DNA from: an uncultured Clostridiaceae bacterium
GTDB lineage: Bacteria; Bacillota; Clostridia; TANB77; CAG-508
Assembly: GCA_947642455.1 (NCBI GenBank)
Contig: CANRSN010000008.1
Coordinates: 15,389 to 79,388, forward strand
DNA: 64,000 bases
Reading direction: 5' to 3'
Part shown: positions 38,251-48,644 of the stretch, piece by piece
How positions within the stretch are numbered: position 1 is the stretch's first letter
Layout of the letters: each line of letters starts with the position of its first letter
Program-made: the position numbers and the translations under genes
The notes under the pieces: generated by a model
What the model was told of the DNA's origin: nothing
The model's input: only the letters and a program-made list of their open reading frames with translations
Databases searched by the model: none

Positions 38251-39000
38251 ATGGAAGAAAGTAGAAAGGTAGCATTAATTACAGGAGGATCAAGAGGAAT
38301 AGGTAAACAAGTAGCAATGAAGTTTGCAAAAAAAGGCTTCAATATTGCAATAAATTATGTCTCAGATAAAACAGATGTTAATTCTTTAGAAAGTGAAATA
38401 AAATCTCAAAATAGTGAAATTGAAGTTTTATTAATAAAAACAGATGTTACTTCATATGAAGATTCAGAAAATATGGTAAAACAAATAGTAGAGAAGTTTG
38501 GAAGAATAGATGTATTAGTAAATAATGCAGGAATAACAAAAGATGCACTTTTAATGAGAATGAAAGAAGAAGATTTTGATAAAGTAATACAAGTAAATTT
38601 AAAAGGCACATTTAATGTTACTAAAGCAGTTGTTCCATATATGATGAAAAGGAAAAGTGGGAATATAGTTAATTTATCTTCTGTTGTGGGTGTAACTGGA
38701 AATGCAGGGCAATGTAATTATTCAGCATCAAAGGCAGGAATTATTGGATTTACAAAAAGTTTAGCAAGAGAGCTTGCATCAAGAAATATTAGACTAAATG
38801 CAGTAGCTCCAGGTTTTATAAAAACAGATATGACAGAAGTTTTGTCAGATTCAATTAAGGAAGGAATTAATGAGCAGATACCATTAAAAAGAATGGGAAC
38901 AGCGCAAGAAGTGGCAAATGTTATTTATTTTTTAGGAAGTGAACAAAGTTCATATATAACAGGGCAAGTTATAAATATAGATGGTGGAATGGTAATGTAA
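38251..39000 (+). CDS. fabG: 3-oxoacyl-ACP reductase
   Basis: 'ITGGSRGIG', 'NNAGI' and 'YSASKAG'. Confidence 0.9.
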   Translation: MEESRKVALITGGSRGIGKQVAMKFAKKGFNIAINYVSDKTDVNSLESEIKSQNSEIEVLLIKTDVTSYEDSENMVKQIVEKFGRIDVLVNNAGITKDALLMRMKEEDFDKVIQVNLKGTFNVTKAVVPYMMKRKSGNIVNLSSVVGVTGNAGQCNYSASKAGIIGFTKSLARELASRNIRLNAVAPGFIKTDMTEVLSDSIKEGINEQIPLKRMGTAQEVANVIYFLGSEQSSYITGQVINIDGGMVM

Positions 39001-39075
39001 TAATAAATATGTATAACAAACAAAGAGAACCATCCATAGTGTTTGTTTTCCAGTAAGAAAGGAATGTGATTAAAA

Positions 39076-40314
39076 GTGGAAAGAAGAGTAGTAGTAACAG
39101 GTTTAGGTGCTATAACGCCAATAGGAAATAATGTAGAAGAATTTTGGAAAGGTATAAAAGAAGGAAAATGTGGAATTGATGAAATTACACATTTTGATAC
39201 AACTGATTATAAAGTGAAATTGGCAGCAGAGGTAAAAGATTATAATCCTGATGATTATTTTGATAGAAAATCATCAAAAAGAATGGATATATTTTCACAG
39301 TTTGCAATTATTGCCTCAAGAGAAGCTATGAAAGATTCTGGAATCAATTCAGAAAATACTGATATGGAGAGAGTTGGGGCTATTGTTAGTACAGGAATAG
39401 GAGGACTTCCAACTATTGAAAAAGATAATAGGGCTTTAGTAGAAAAAGGACCAGATAGGGTGTCTCCAATGTATATACCAATGGCAATAGTAAATATGGC
39501 AGCAGGTAATGTGGCAATAGATTTAGGAATAAAGGGTGAATCTATGGCAATAGTAACAGCATGTGCAAGTGGTACTCATTCAATAGGAGAAAGTTATAGA
39601 ATGATAAAACATGGATATCAAGATGTTATGTTTGCAGGAGGAACAGAAGGTTCTATAACACCAACAGGTATAGCAGGTTTTACAAATATTAAGGCTTTAA
39701 CCCAGCAAGCAGATAAAACAAGAGCTAGTATTCCTTTTGATAAAGAAAGAAGCGGGTTTGTAATGGGTGAAGGTTCTGGAGTAGTAGTATTAGAAGAATT
39801 AGAACATGCTAAAAGAAGAGGGGCAAAAATTTATGCAGAGGTAGTTGGATATGGTGCAACCTCTGATGCATATCATATTACATCACCAAACCCAGATGGA
39901 AGCGGAGCTGCTAAAGCAATGAAAATTGCAATGGATGAGGCAAATGTTAAACCAGAAGATATAACATATATTAATGCACATGGAACATCAACACATTTAA
40001 ATGATTTAGGGGAAACTTTAGCTGTAAAGTTAGCCTTAGGAGAAGCAAGTAAAAAAGTAATGATGAGTTCTACAAAAGGAAATACAGGTCATCTACTAGG
40101 AGCAGCAGGGGGAATAGAGACAATAGTAATTGTAAAAGCAATACAAGATAATTTTGTACCAGCAACTATAAATTACAAAGTACAAGATGAAGAATGTGAT
40201 TTAGATATTGTACCAAATGTAGGAAGAAATGTAGAAGTAAAATATGCAATGTCAAATTCTTTAGGGTTTGGGGGACATAATAGTTCTATACTTTTGAAGA
40301 AATATGAAGAGTAA
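39076..40314 (+). CDS. fabF: 3-oxoacyl-ACP synthase II
   Basis: GTG start. 'TACASG', 'NAHGTST' and 'GHLLGAAG'. Confidence 0.9.
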   Translation: MERRVVVTGLGAITPIGNNVEEFWKGIKEGKCGIDEITHFDTTDYKVKLAAEVKDYNPDDYFDRKSSKRMDIFSQFAIIASREAMKDSGINSENTDMERVGAIVSTGIGGLPTIEKDNRALVEKGPDRVSPMYIPMAIVNMAAGNVAIDLGIKGESMAIVTACASGTHSIGESYRMIKHGYQDVMFAGGTEGSITPTGIAGFTNIKALTQQADKTRASIPFDKERSGFVMGEGSGVVVLEELEHAKRRGAKIYAEVVGYGATSDAYHITSPNPDGSGAAKAMKIAMDEANVKPEDITYINAHGTSTHLNDLGETLAVKLALGEASKKVMMSSTKGNTGHLLGAAGGIETIVIVKAIQDNFVPATINYKVQDEECDLDIVPNVGRNVEVKYAMSNSLGFGGHNSSILLKKYEE

Positions 40315-40425
40315 AAGAAAATTAGTTCTATACTTTTGAAAAGTATAATGAGTGAAAAAAACTGATTCTGTATTTTTAAAAAGTATGGAGAGTAAAACTA
40401 AAGGATATAAAGAAAGGATTTTATT

Positions 40426-40860
40426 ATGAATTTTGATGATATCAAAAAATTAATGGAAGATATGGGAAATTCAAAGATTGATAGCTTAGATATTGAATTT
40501 CCAGATGGAATTAAAATTAGTATGAAAAAAGAAAAAGAGGTAAATATTATTCAAAAAGAACAAGAAGTTCCAAATATAATGATAAAAAATGAATCAAATA
40601 ATAATATTAATGAAAAGCCTGAAGAGTGTAAAATAATTAAATCTCCAATGGTAGGTACATTTTATAGTAGTAATTCACCAAAAGAAGAACCTTTTGTAAA
40701 AATAGGAGATAAAGTAAAAAAAGGTCAAGTTTTATGTATTGTTGAGGCTATGAAATTAATGAATGAAATTGAATCTGAGTTTGATGGAGAAATAGTAGAT
40801 ATATGCGTAAAAAATGAAGATATGGTGGAATATGGAATGCCATTATTCAAAATAAAGTAG
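40426..40860 (+). CDS. accB: biotin carboxyl carrier protein
   Basis: Biotinylation motif '[10 protein letters not shown]'. Confidence 0.9.
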   Translation: MNFDDIKKLMEDMGNSKIDSLDIEFPDGIKISMKKEKEVNIIQKEQEVPNIMIKNESNNNINEKPEECKIIKSPMVGTFYSSNSPKEEPFVKIGDKVKKGQVLCIVEAMKLMNEIESEFDGEIVDICVKNEDMVEYGMPLFKIK

Positions 40861-40870
40861 GAGGTATACA

Positions 40871-41293
40871 ATGTTAGACATAAATGAAATTATGAAAATA
40901 ATTCCTCAAAGAGCTCCTTTTTTAATGATAGATAAGGTTGAAGAATTTACACCTGGAGAGAGTTGTGTAGCATACAAAAATGTATGTATTAATGAACCAC
41001 ATTTTGCAGGACATTTCCCAAACCAACCAATTATGCCAGGAGTATTAATAGTAGAAGCATTAGCACAAACTGGTGCAGTTGCTATATTGTCAATGGAAGA
41101 AAATAAGGGAAAGAATGCTTTATTTGGCGGAATTGATAAATTTAAGTTTAAAAAACAAGTAGTACCAGGAGATACCCTAAAATTAGAAATAAAAATAATT
41201 AAGAGAAAAGGTCCAATAGGAGTAGGAGAAGCAATAGCTACAGTAGATGGAAAAGTTGCAGCAAAAGGAGAACTTACTTTTGCAGTGGTGTAA
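40871..41293 (+). CDS. fabZ: 3-hydroxyacyl-ACP dehydratase
   Basis: '[23 protein letters not shown]'. Confidence 0.9.
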   Translation: MLDINEIMKIIPQRAPFLMIDKVEEFTPGESCVAYKNVCINEPHFAGHFPNQPIMPGVLIVEALAQTGAVAILSMEENKGKNALFGGIDKFKFKKQVVPGDTLKLEIKIIKRKGPIGVGEAIATVDGKVAAKGELTFAVV

Positions 41294-41378
41294 TATTACA
41301 TTTTATAGTTAAAATTGTTTTAGTAATTTTGGGCACAATGTTTAGTAAAGTCTTTTATATATGAAAGTTTACATATAT

Positions 41379-41401
41379 AAAAGCAGGCTATTGCCTGCTT
41401 T
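41379..41401. terminator. bidirectional hairpin terminator
   Basis: aaaagcaggc-tatt-gcctgctttt. Confidence 0.6.
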
Positions 41402-41657
41402 AATTACTTTCCATCTTTACACAAATGGAATTGCTCTGTCTAATAGGTGGCATTTCTGAAATCCATTTTATATCGATATCTTTTTCCAAAACTTGAAGAA
41501 TTGATATAATGTCTTCCTTTGAACATTCACTATTCAGGAAAAACATTGATGGAAAGCTATCATTGTTAGAGATATAGATGTGTAACAATTCTGAAACTAG
41601 CTTCCTTGTACAAGGGTACATTTGAATTAATAAAAAGAATTGCTCATACTTCTTCAT
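41400..41657 (-). CDS. hypothetical protein (85 aa), antisense insert in the fab cluster
   Basis: Intact ORF, 6 nt downstream of 41664-42014. No motif recognised. Confidence 0.45.
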   Translation of the reverse strand: MKKYEQFFLLIQMYPCTRKLVSELLHIYISNNDSFPSMFFLNSECSKEDIISILQVLEKDIDIKWISEMPPIRQSNSICVKMESN

Positions 41658-41663
41658 GATATA

Positions 41664-42014
41664 TCACCTTTCCTCTCTGAAATAGTAATTTGTTTTTTTA
41701 GTAGTGTCTTTTTCAAAAAGGGAAAATCCGCATTTATCTAATATTTGTTCTACATAGTTATCTTTATCAAAATATTTTTTATTTATTACTGATAAAGGAT
41801 GTAAAAAAGAAAGATAAAGTGAAGGATATTTAGTTAGCATTGGTGAAAATGCAACTTTGAATTCTTTTTTTAAGAGCCCTTGTCTAAAATATGCCCAGAA
41901 AATTTTGTGACATATTAAGAAGTGAAACTGAGCCTGTTTTTCAGAATAGATGTAAAATTCTGACCAAACTAAAAGAATCCGATTGAGTTTTAATAGGTAA
42001 TGATGAAATTTCAT
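41664..42014 (-). CDS. hypothetical protein (about 116 aa), antisense insert in the fab cluster
   Basis: RBS 'aaaggtgg' precedes 'MKFHHYLLKL'. No motif recognised. Confidence 0.45.
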   Translation of the reverse strand: MKFHHYLLKLNRILLVWSEFYIYSEKQAQFHFLICHKIFWAYFRQGLLKKEFKVAFSPMLTKYPSLYLSFLHPLSVINKKYFDKDNYVEQILDKCGFSLFEKDTTKKTNYYFREER

Positions 42015-42095
42015 ATGTTTACCACCTTTCAATGATTTTAATATATTATACACCTAAATTATGTAAATGTCAAAATATTATATAGGAGGATAAAA

Positions 42096-43436
42096 ATGTT
42101 AAAAAAAATATTAATAGCAAATAGAGGAGAAATAGCTGTAAGAATAATAAGAGCATGTAGAGAGATGGGAATAAAAACAGTTGCAGTATATTCTGAAGCG
42201 GACAAAACAGCATTGCACACAAAACTTGCAGATGAAGCAGTGTGTATAGGGTCAGCTCCATCTAATAAAAGTTATTTAAATATAAAAGCAATAATAGAGA
42301 CAGCTTGTCTAACTGGATGTGATAGTATTCACCCAGGTTTTGGTTTTTTATCTGAAAATAGTCACTTTGCAAAAATATGTGATGAAATTGGCATAAAATT
42401 TATAGGTCCATCTTATAAACTTATAGATTTATTAGGAAATAAATCTAAAGCAAAAGAAACTATGAAAAAAGTAGGTGTACCAGTAGTGCCAGGATCAGAT
42501 GGTTTAATCAACTCAAAAGAGGAAAGTAAAAAATTAGCACAAAAAATAGGGTATCCAGTAATATTAAAGGCATCAGCAGGAGGAGGCGGAAAGGGAATAA
42601 GGATTGCATACAATGAACAAGAATTGGAACACGAATATGATATAGTTAAACAAGAAGCTCTTATTTCTTTTGGTGATAGTAGTTTATATATAGAAAAATA
42701 CATAGAAAATCCACGTCATGTAGAAATACAAATATTAGCAGATGAACATAAAAATGCAGTTCATTTAGGAGAAAGAGACTGTAGTGTACAAAGAAGAAAT
42801 CAAAAGGTATTAGAAGAGTCACCAAGTGCAGCAATAAATGAAGAAATTAGAAAAAAAATGGGTGAAATTGCAGTAAAAGCAGTTAAAGAAATAGGATATA
42901 CAAATGCAGGAACAATAGAATTTTTAGTAGATAAAAATAAGGATTTTTACTTTATGGAAATGAATACTAGAGTACAAGTTGAGCATCCTGTAACAGAATT
43001 TGTAACAGGTATTGATATAATAAAAGAACAAATAAAAATAGCAAGTGGAGAAAAATTGGAATTTACACAAGAAGATATAAAATTTACAGGTCATAGTTTA
43101 GAAGCAAGAGTAAATGCTGAAAATCCAGCTAAAAATTTCATGCCATGCCCAGGGAAGATATTAGGAATAAACCTTCCGGGAGGAAATGGAATTAGAATAG
43201 ATACTGCAATATATGCAGGATATACAGTACCACAAAATTATGATTCAATGCTTGCTAAAGTTATAGTGCATGGTAAAGACAGAAATGAGTCAATTGCCAA
43301 AATGAAAAGTGCATTATCAGAATTTGTTATAGATGGAATTGAGACAAATATAGATTTTCTTTTAAGTATATTAGAAAATGAAGATTTTAAAAACAATAAT
43401 TATGATACATCTTTTATAAAAACAATGGGAATTTAG
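42096..43436 (+). CDS. accC: biotin carboxylase
   Basis: 'ILIANRGEIAVRIIRAC' and ATP-grasp 'GGGGKGIRI'. Confidence 0.95.
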   Translation: MLKKILIANRGEIAVRIIRACREMGIKTVAVYSEADKTALHTKLADEAVCIGSAPSNKSYLNIKAIIETACLTGCDSIHPGFGFLSENSHFAKICDEIGIKFIGPSYKLIDLLGNKSKAKETMKKVGVPVVPGSDGLINSKEESKKLAQKIGYPVILKASAGGGGKGIRIAYNEQELEHEYDIVKQEALISFGDSSLYIEKYIENPRHVEIQILADEHKNAVHLGERDCSVQRRNQKVLEESPSAAINEEIRKKMGEIAVKAVKEIGYTNAGTIEFLVDKNKDFYFMEMNTRVQVEHPVTEFVTGIDIIKEQIKIASGEKLEFTQEDIKFTGHSLEARVNAENPAKNFMPCPGKILGINLPGGNGIRIDTAIYAGYTVPQNYDSMLAKVIVHGKDRNESIAKMKSALSEFVIDGIETNIDFLLSILENEDFKNNNYDTSFIKTMGI

Positions 43437-43547
43437 AAAAATCATATATAAGTACTATTAATACTAAAAGAGTTATTAGATGTAAAATATAAAATTTAAG
43501 AAAGGAGTGTATGATATATAAGTTATTAAATATCATAAAGTAAAAGT

Positions 43548-44618
43548 ATGGAAAAAGGTATAAGAGTAGGGGAAAAGGTATCAAAGTACCCAATTATTCA
43601 AGGTGGAATGGGTGTAGGAATTTCAGGGTATAGACTAGCTGGAAATGTTGCAAAAGAAGGAGGAATTGGTATAATATCGACAGCAGATATAGGTTATAGA
43701 GAAGAAGATTTTTACAAAAATCCAGTGGAAGCAAATTTAAGAGCAATAGACAAAGAAATAGATAAGGCAAGAGAGATTTCACCAGATGGTATAATAGGAA
43801 TAAATATTATGTGTGCATTAAACAATTATGCAGAAATGGTTAAGGAGGTTGTAAAAAAAGGAATTGATTTAATAATTTCTGGAGCAGGTCTTCCAAAAGA
43901 TTTACCAGAGTATGTAAAAGGTACTAAAACAAAAATAGCTCCAATAATTTCATCTGCAAGAGGAGCAAAATTAATTACAAAGCTATGGAGAACAAAACAT
44001 GATTATATACCAGATATGATAGTAATAGAAGGACCAGAGGCAGGAGGTCACTTGGGGTTTAAATTAGAGGAGCTAGGAGAAGGTGAAAATCCAATACCTT
44101 TGAATGAAAGACCAAAATTAGAAGAGATTACTGTAGAAGTTATAGAAGAAATGAAGAAAGTTGAAGCAGAGACTGGAAAGGAAATACCAGTAATAGTAGC
44201 AGGTGGAATTTATACTAAACAAGATATTGAAAAGTTTATAAACTTAGGTGCAAGTGGTGTTCAAATGGCAACAAGATTTGTTGCAACACAAGAGTGTGAT
44301 GCTTCTTATGAATATAAACAAGCATATGTGAATTGTAAAAAGGAAGATATAGAAATTGTTAAGAGTCCAGTAGGAATGCCAGGAAGAGCAATAAAAAATA
44401 AATTTATAGAGACTGTAAAAAGTAGCAAGCCAAAAATAGATAAATGCTTAAGATGTATACAAACTTGTAATGTCAAAGAAACTCCATATTGCATAACAAG
44501 AGCATTGATAAATGCAGTAAAAGGTAATATAGATAACGCATTACTTTTTTGTGGAAGCAATGCGTATAGAATAGATAAAATTATAACTGTTAGAGAATTA
44601 ATGCAAGAATTAAATTAA
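43548..44618 (+). CDS. fabK: enoyl-ACP reductase II (FMN, NPD family)
   Basis: 'IIQGGMGVGIS' and 'GPEAGGHLG'. It lies inside the fab cluster. Confidence 0.75.
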   Translation: MEKGIRVGEKVSKYPIIQGGMGVGISGYRLAGNVAKEGGIGIISTADIGYREEDFYKNPVEANLRAIDKEIDKAREISPDGIIGINIMCALNNYAEMVKEVVKKGIDLIISGAGLPKDLPEYVKGTKTKIAPIISSARGAKLITKLWRTKHDYIPDMIVIEGPEAGGHLGFKLEELGEGENPIPLNERPKLEEITVEVIEEMKKVEAETGKEIPVIVAGGIYTKQDIEKFINLGASGVQMATRFVATQECDASYEYKQAYVNCKKEDIEIVKSPVGMPGRAIKNKFIETVKSSKPKIDKCLRCIQTCNVKETPYCITRALINAVKGNIDNALLFCGSNAYRIDKIITVRELMQELN

Positions 44619-44659
44619 AAGATAGTTAGCAGATAATACATAGATAAAAGGAGATCATC

Positions 44660-45535
44660 ATGATAATCGATAAAATAAGAAAAATAAATAGTGATAATTC
44701 TGAAAAATCAGATGATAGCAAAAGAGTAAAGAATACTACTGCTTCAGATATGTTAGTAGGAAAATGGGTTAAATGTGATAGTTGTAAAGAAATTTTATAT
44801 AAAGAACAGGTTCATGAAAATTTGAGTGTATGCCCAAACTGTGGTAAACATTTTAGAATTTCATCTAGAAGAAGAATAAAGCAGATAGCAGATGAAGGCA
44901 GTTTTGAAGAGATAGGAGAGAATATTTTTACAAATGATCCATTAAATTTTGAAGGTTATTTGAAAAAAATAGATATGCTAAAGGAAAAAACTAAAATACA
45001 AGAAGCTGTAACATGTGGTAAATGCAAAATAGAAGGGCAAGAGGCAATTCTTTGTGTAATGGATAGTAACTTTTTAATGGGAAGCATGGGAAGAGTAGTA
45101 GGTGAAAGAATAACTCTTGCTGTAGAAGAGTCAATAAAAAATAAATTACCTATAGTTATATTTTGTGTTTCTGGTGGTGCTAGAATGCAAGAAGGGATAG
45201 TTTCTTTAATGCAAATGGCAAAAACTTCAAGTGCTCTTGCAAGACTAAATGAAGAAGGAATTTTGTATATTTCTGTTTTAACAGACCCAACAACAGGTGG
45301 AGTTACTGCGTCTTTTGCAAGTCTGGGAGACATTATTCTTGCAGAACCAGACGCTTTAATAGGTTTTGCAGGACCAAGAGTAATAGAGCAAACTATAGGA
45401 GAAAAATTGCCAGATGGATTTCAAAAGTCAGAATTTTTGTTAAAGCATGGGTTTATTGATAAAATTGTAGAAAGAAAGGAAATGAAAAGTACTATAGCAA
45501 AACTGCTACATCTACATAAGAAAGTAACTTACTAA
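44660..45535 (+). CDS. accD: acetyl-CoA carboxylase carboxyltransferase beta
   Basis: Zn ribbon '[14 protein letters not shown]' and 'SGGARMQEG'. Confidence 0.9.
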   Translation: MIIDKIRKINSDNSEKSDDSKRVKNTTASDMLVGKWVKCDSCKEILYKEQVHENLSVCPNCGKHFRISSRRRIKQIADEGSFEEIGENIFTNDPLNFEGYLKKIDMLKEKTKIQEAVTCGKCKIEGQEAILCVMDSNFLMGSMGRVVGERITLAVEESIKNKLPIVIFCVSGGARMQEGIVSLMQMAKTSSALARLNEEGILYISVLTDPTTGGVTASFASLGDIILAEPDALIGFAGPRVIEQTIGEKLPDGFQKSEFLLKHGFIDKIVERKEMKSTIAKLLHLHKKVTY

Positions 45536-45644
45536 CTTTGTACAAATATATAATATAATACCTCTGATTGCTACAAAAGGTTAATATAATAAATATATTA
45601 GTATAAAATTAAGTAAAAAATTTATTTTACAAGGAGTGTGTACA

Positions 45645-46445
45645 ATGAAAGAAATATCAGCATGGGAGAAAGTAAAGCTAGCAAGGCTACCAGAAAGACC
45701 AAAAGCATTAGACTATATAAATGAAATTTTTGATGATTTTATAGAACTTCATGGAGATAGACTTTTTGGAGATGATAAGTCTATAGTTGGTGGAATTGCA
45801 ACTATAAAAATTGACAATAAAGATGTTGCAGTAACTGTTATTGGAGAGCAAAAAGGAAAAAAGGCAAAAGAAAATATGGAAAGAAATTTTGGTATGCCAA
45901 ATCCAGAAGGATACAGAAAATCTATAAGGCTTATGAAACAGGCAGAAAAGTTTAAAAGACCAATTATAACTTTTATAGATACACCAGGGGCATATCCGGG
46001 AATAGGAGCAGAAGAAAGAGGTCAGGGAGAGGCTATTGCAAAATCTATGATGGAAATGTCAACTTTGGGTGTGCCAATAATAGCTATTGTTATAGGAGAA
46101 GGCTCAAGTGGTGGAGCTCTTGCAATTTGTGTAGGGGATAGAATAGCAATGCTTGAAAATTCAGTTTATTCTATTTTGTCACCAGAGGGTTTTGCAAGTA
46201 TTTTGTATAAAGATTCTTCAAAAGCAAGTGATGCTGCAGAAAATATGAAAATTACTGCAAAAGACTTGAAAGAGTTAAAAATTATAGATAAAATAATATG
46301 TGAACCTGAAGGAGGAGCACAAAAGGATTTAAAGCAAGTAGCACAAAATATAAAAGATTACATTACTAGCCAAATAAGTGAACTAATAGAATTAGATACA
46401 AAAGAGCTGTTAAATAATAGATATGATAAATTCAGAAAAATGTAA
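45645..46445 (+). CDS. accA: acetyl-CoA carboxylase carboxyltransferase alpha
   Basis: '[23 protein letters not shown]' and '[10 protein letters not shown]'. The start is at the ATG after aaggag. Confidence 0.9.
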   Translation: MKEISAWEKVKLARLPERPKALDYINEIFDDFIELHGDRLFGDDKSIVGGIATIKIDNKDVAVTVIGEQKGKKAKENMERNFGMPNPEGYRKSIRLMKQAEKFKRPIITFIDTPGAYPGIGAEERGQGEAIAKSMMEMSTLGVPIIAIVIGEGSSGGALAICVGDRIAMLENSVYSILSPEGFASILYKDSSKASDAAENMKITAKDLKELKIIDKIICEPEGGAQKDLKQVAQNIKDYITSQISELIELDTKELLNNRYDKFRKM

Positions 46446-46477
46446 AATTAAATTTATTTAGAAAATAGGAGGAAAGT

Positions 46478-47248
46478 ATGATATTAAAAGGTAAGAAAGT
46501 ATTAATAATGGGAATAAGAAATAAATGGAGTATAGCTTGGGGTGCTGCACAATCAGCATATGAAAATGGTGCAGAGGTAATATTTACACATAATTCAATG
46601 GAAAATGAAGATAAAATAAAAGAATTAATTAGTCAAATTCCAAATGCGAAATCTTTTGCATGTGATGCTTCAAGTGATGAAAGTATAAAAAATTGTCTAG
46701 AAAATATAAAATCTGAATATGGAAAAATAGATGGAGTTTTACATAGTATAGCTCATGCAAATACAGACGATTTAAGAAATGACTTTATATTAACTTCAAG
46801 AGATGGCTATGCACATGCTTGTGATGTTAGTGCATATTCGCTTGTTGCAACTGCAAGAATTGCAAAAGAAATTGACATGTTAAATGAAGGTGCAAGTATT
46901 GTTGCTTTTACATATTATGGAGCAGAAAAAGCAATTGAAGGTTATAATGTAATGGGTGTTGCAAAAGCAGCACTAGAAGCAAGTATTAGATATTTAGCTG
47001 TTAATTTAGGAAAAGAGGGAATTAGAGTAAATGGAATTTCAGCAGGACCTATAAAAACATTGTCAGCAAAAGGAATTAAAGATTTTGGAACAATTTTAGA
47101 TGTTGTGGAACAAAAAGCTCCACTTCATAAAAATGTAACAACAAAACAAGTAGGGGATGCTACTAGTTTCTTATTTAGTAATTTGTCTTCTGCAATTACA
47201 GGTGAAATTATTCATGTGGATAATGGTTTTTCAATTGTAGGAGTTTAA
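46478..47248 (+). CDS. fabI: enoyl-ACP reductase FabI (NADH)
   Basis: 'GIRNKWSIAWG' and 'YNVMGVAKAALEA'. Confidence 0.85.
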   Translation: MILKGKKVLIMGIRNKWSIAWGAAQSAYENGAEVIFTHNSMENEDKIKELISQIPNAKSFACDASSDESIKNCLENIKSEYGKIDGVLHSIAHANTDDLRNDFILTSRDGYAHACDVSAYSLVATARIAKEIDMLNEGASIVAFTYYGAEKAIEGYNVMGVAKAALEASIRYLAVNLGKEGIRVNGISAGPIKTLSAKGIKDFGTILDVVEQKAPLHKNVTTKQVGDATSFLFSNLSSAITGEIIHVDNGFSIVGV

Positions 47249-47263
47249 TTTAATAACAATATT

Positions 47264-47486
47264 CAGAAAAAAAGAGTACAATTTGTTATAATTCATAGTT
47301 TGAAATTATAAACCTATAGGCAATATAATATTTATTTTAACGAAGTTTTTTACTGGCTTCGCCAATCGCTCTGGGTCACTTCTACTGTGGGAGCTTCCCT
47401 GCGCAAAACTTCGTTAAAATAAATATTATATTGCTTAAATAGATATTAATATCTTGAATTATAACAAATTGTACTCTTTTTTTCTG
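47264..47486 (+). repeat. nested-palindrome element P2 (core on the plus strand)
   Basis: Outer arms cagaaaaaaagagtacaatttgttataattca / tgaattataacaaattgtactctttttttctg, inner arms 47320-47348 / 47406-47434, core 47349-47405. Confidence 0.85.
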
Positions 47487-47574
47487 AATAATATAAGTCA
47501 TATAAAAGAGAATATTATTCCAATAAAATGGAATAATATTCTTTATATATGTTTGTAAAAGAAGGTGTTAAAAC

Positions 47575-47817
47575 TTGAAAATATCTTGGATAAAATATGA
47601 AAAGGATGATGTAAATTTTGTAATACCAGAAAGATTGGGAATGAAAGTTGAAAAATTAGAAAATCCAGAAGAAGTAGATGATAAAATGAAAGAGCTAATA
47701 AATCAAAATTATAAAACAATAATATTATCAAATGAAATAGCAGGTTTTTCCAATGACATAATAAGAAAATATAAAAATAATTCAGAAGTAAATATAATAA
47801 TAGGTACCAGAAAATAA
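47575..47817 (+). CDS. small V-ATPase subunit F-like protein
   Basis: TTG start. 'TIILSNEIAGF' resembles the ATP-synt_F fold (weak, from memory). Confidence 0.35.
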   Translation: MKISWIKYEKDDVNFVIPERLGMKVEKLENPEEVDDKMKELINQNYKTIILSNEIAGFSNDIIRKYKNNSEVNIIIGTRK

Positions 47818-47929
47818 AATTTTAAAGTATAAAAATAGATAAATTGAATAACTTATTATAAGAAAATTGTAGTTACAATTCATAGCTTGTAAAATTATAT
47901 ATTTTAGGAAATAGAATATTGGAGGAAAA

Positions 47930-48493
47930 ATGGGCTTAGCTAATAGTGAAGAAGAAATAACTAAAGAAGAAAAGTTTGTAAATGACTTTGGTAGTAAGTT
48001 ATATAAGCAAAGAAGAGAGAAATATTACGAAGAATTAGTTTTTTTATGTATTGGAACAGACAAAATTACAGGAGATTGTTTTGGTCCACTTGTGGGAACA
48101 AAACTCATAGAATATTTAAAAGAATATAATATTTTTAATATAAATATTTATGGAGATTTGGAAAATCCTATTAATTATGAAAATATTAATGAAAAAATAA
48201 ATATAGTAAATAAATATCATCATAATGCTTGCATTGTGGTTATCGATGCTGCATTATCAAAAAAAGAAAATATAGGAAATATATATGTATCAAATGAAAA
48301 GACAGTTTTAGGAAGTGTTTTAAATAAGAAAAAGTACGGAATAGGTGATATTTCTATAAAGGCAGTTGTAGGTAGAGATTTTAAAATACCAAAATACAAT
48401 TTTTTTACTCTTCAAAATATTTCTTTAAATATGGTTATGAAACTTGCAAATATAGTGTCAGAAGGAATTTGTGATGTTATAAAATATGGGTAA
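47930..48493 (+). CDS. yyaC: spore protease YyaC
   Basis: 'FLCIGTDKITGDCFGPLVG' and 'VVIDAALS'. Confidence 0.8.
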   Translation: MGLANSEEEITKEEKFVNDFGSKLYKQRREKYYEELVFLCIGTDKITGDCFGPLVGTKLIEYLKEYNIFNINIYGDLENPINYENINEKINIVNKYHHNACIVVIDAALSKKENIGNIYVSNEKTVLGSVLNKKKYGIGDISIKAVVGRDFKIPKYNFFTLQNISLNMVMKLANIVSEGICDVIKYG

Positions 48494-48644
48494 GTTTATT
48501 TTTGCAATTCACAGCCTAATATCTATTTAGGTTATTTATTTTTAGAATTTATAAAACAATAAAAGCATGAATTTATAGTAAAAATGTATATAAATATGAA
48601 AAGTGGAAAAGATTTATATAAACAGTTTGAAAGGATGAGTTTAT

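Noticed and set aside
47349-47405. P-element core as a hammerhead, twister or other small self-cleaving ribozyme, or as an integron attC site
   Set aside because: The hammerhead CUGAUGA...GAAA boxes are absent (only CUGGGUC/CUGAGUC). I could not place twister, pistol or hatchet consensus from memory. No intI gene is present and the ends do not fit RYYYAAC/GTTRRRY. It is left as an unclassified element.
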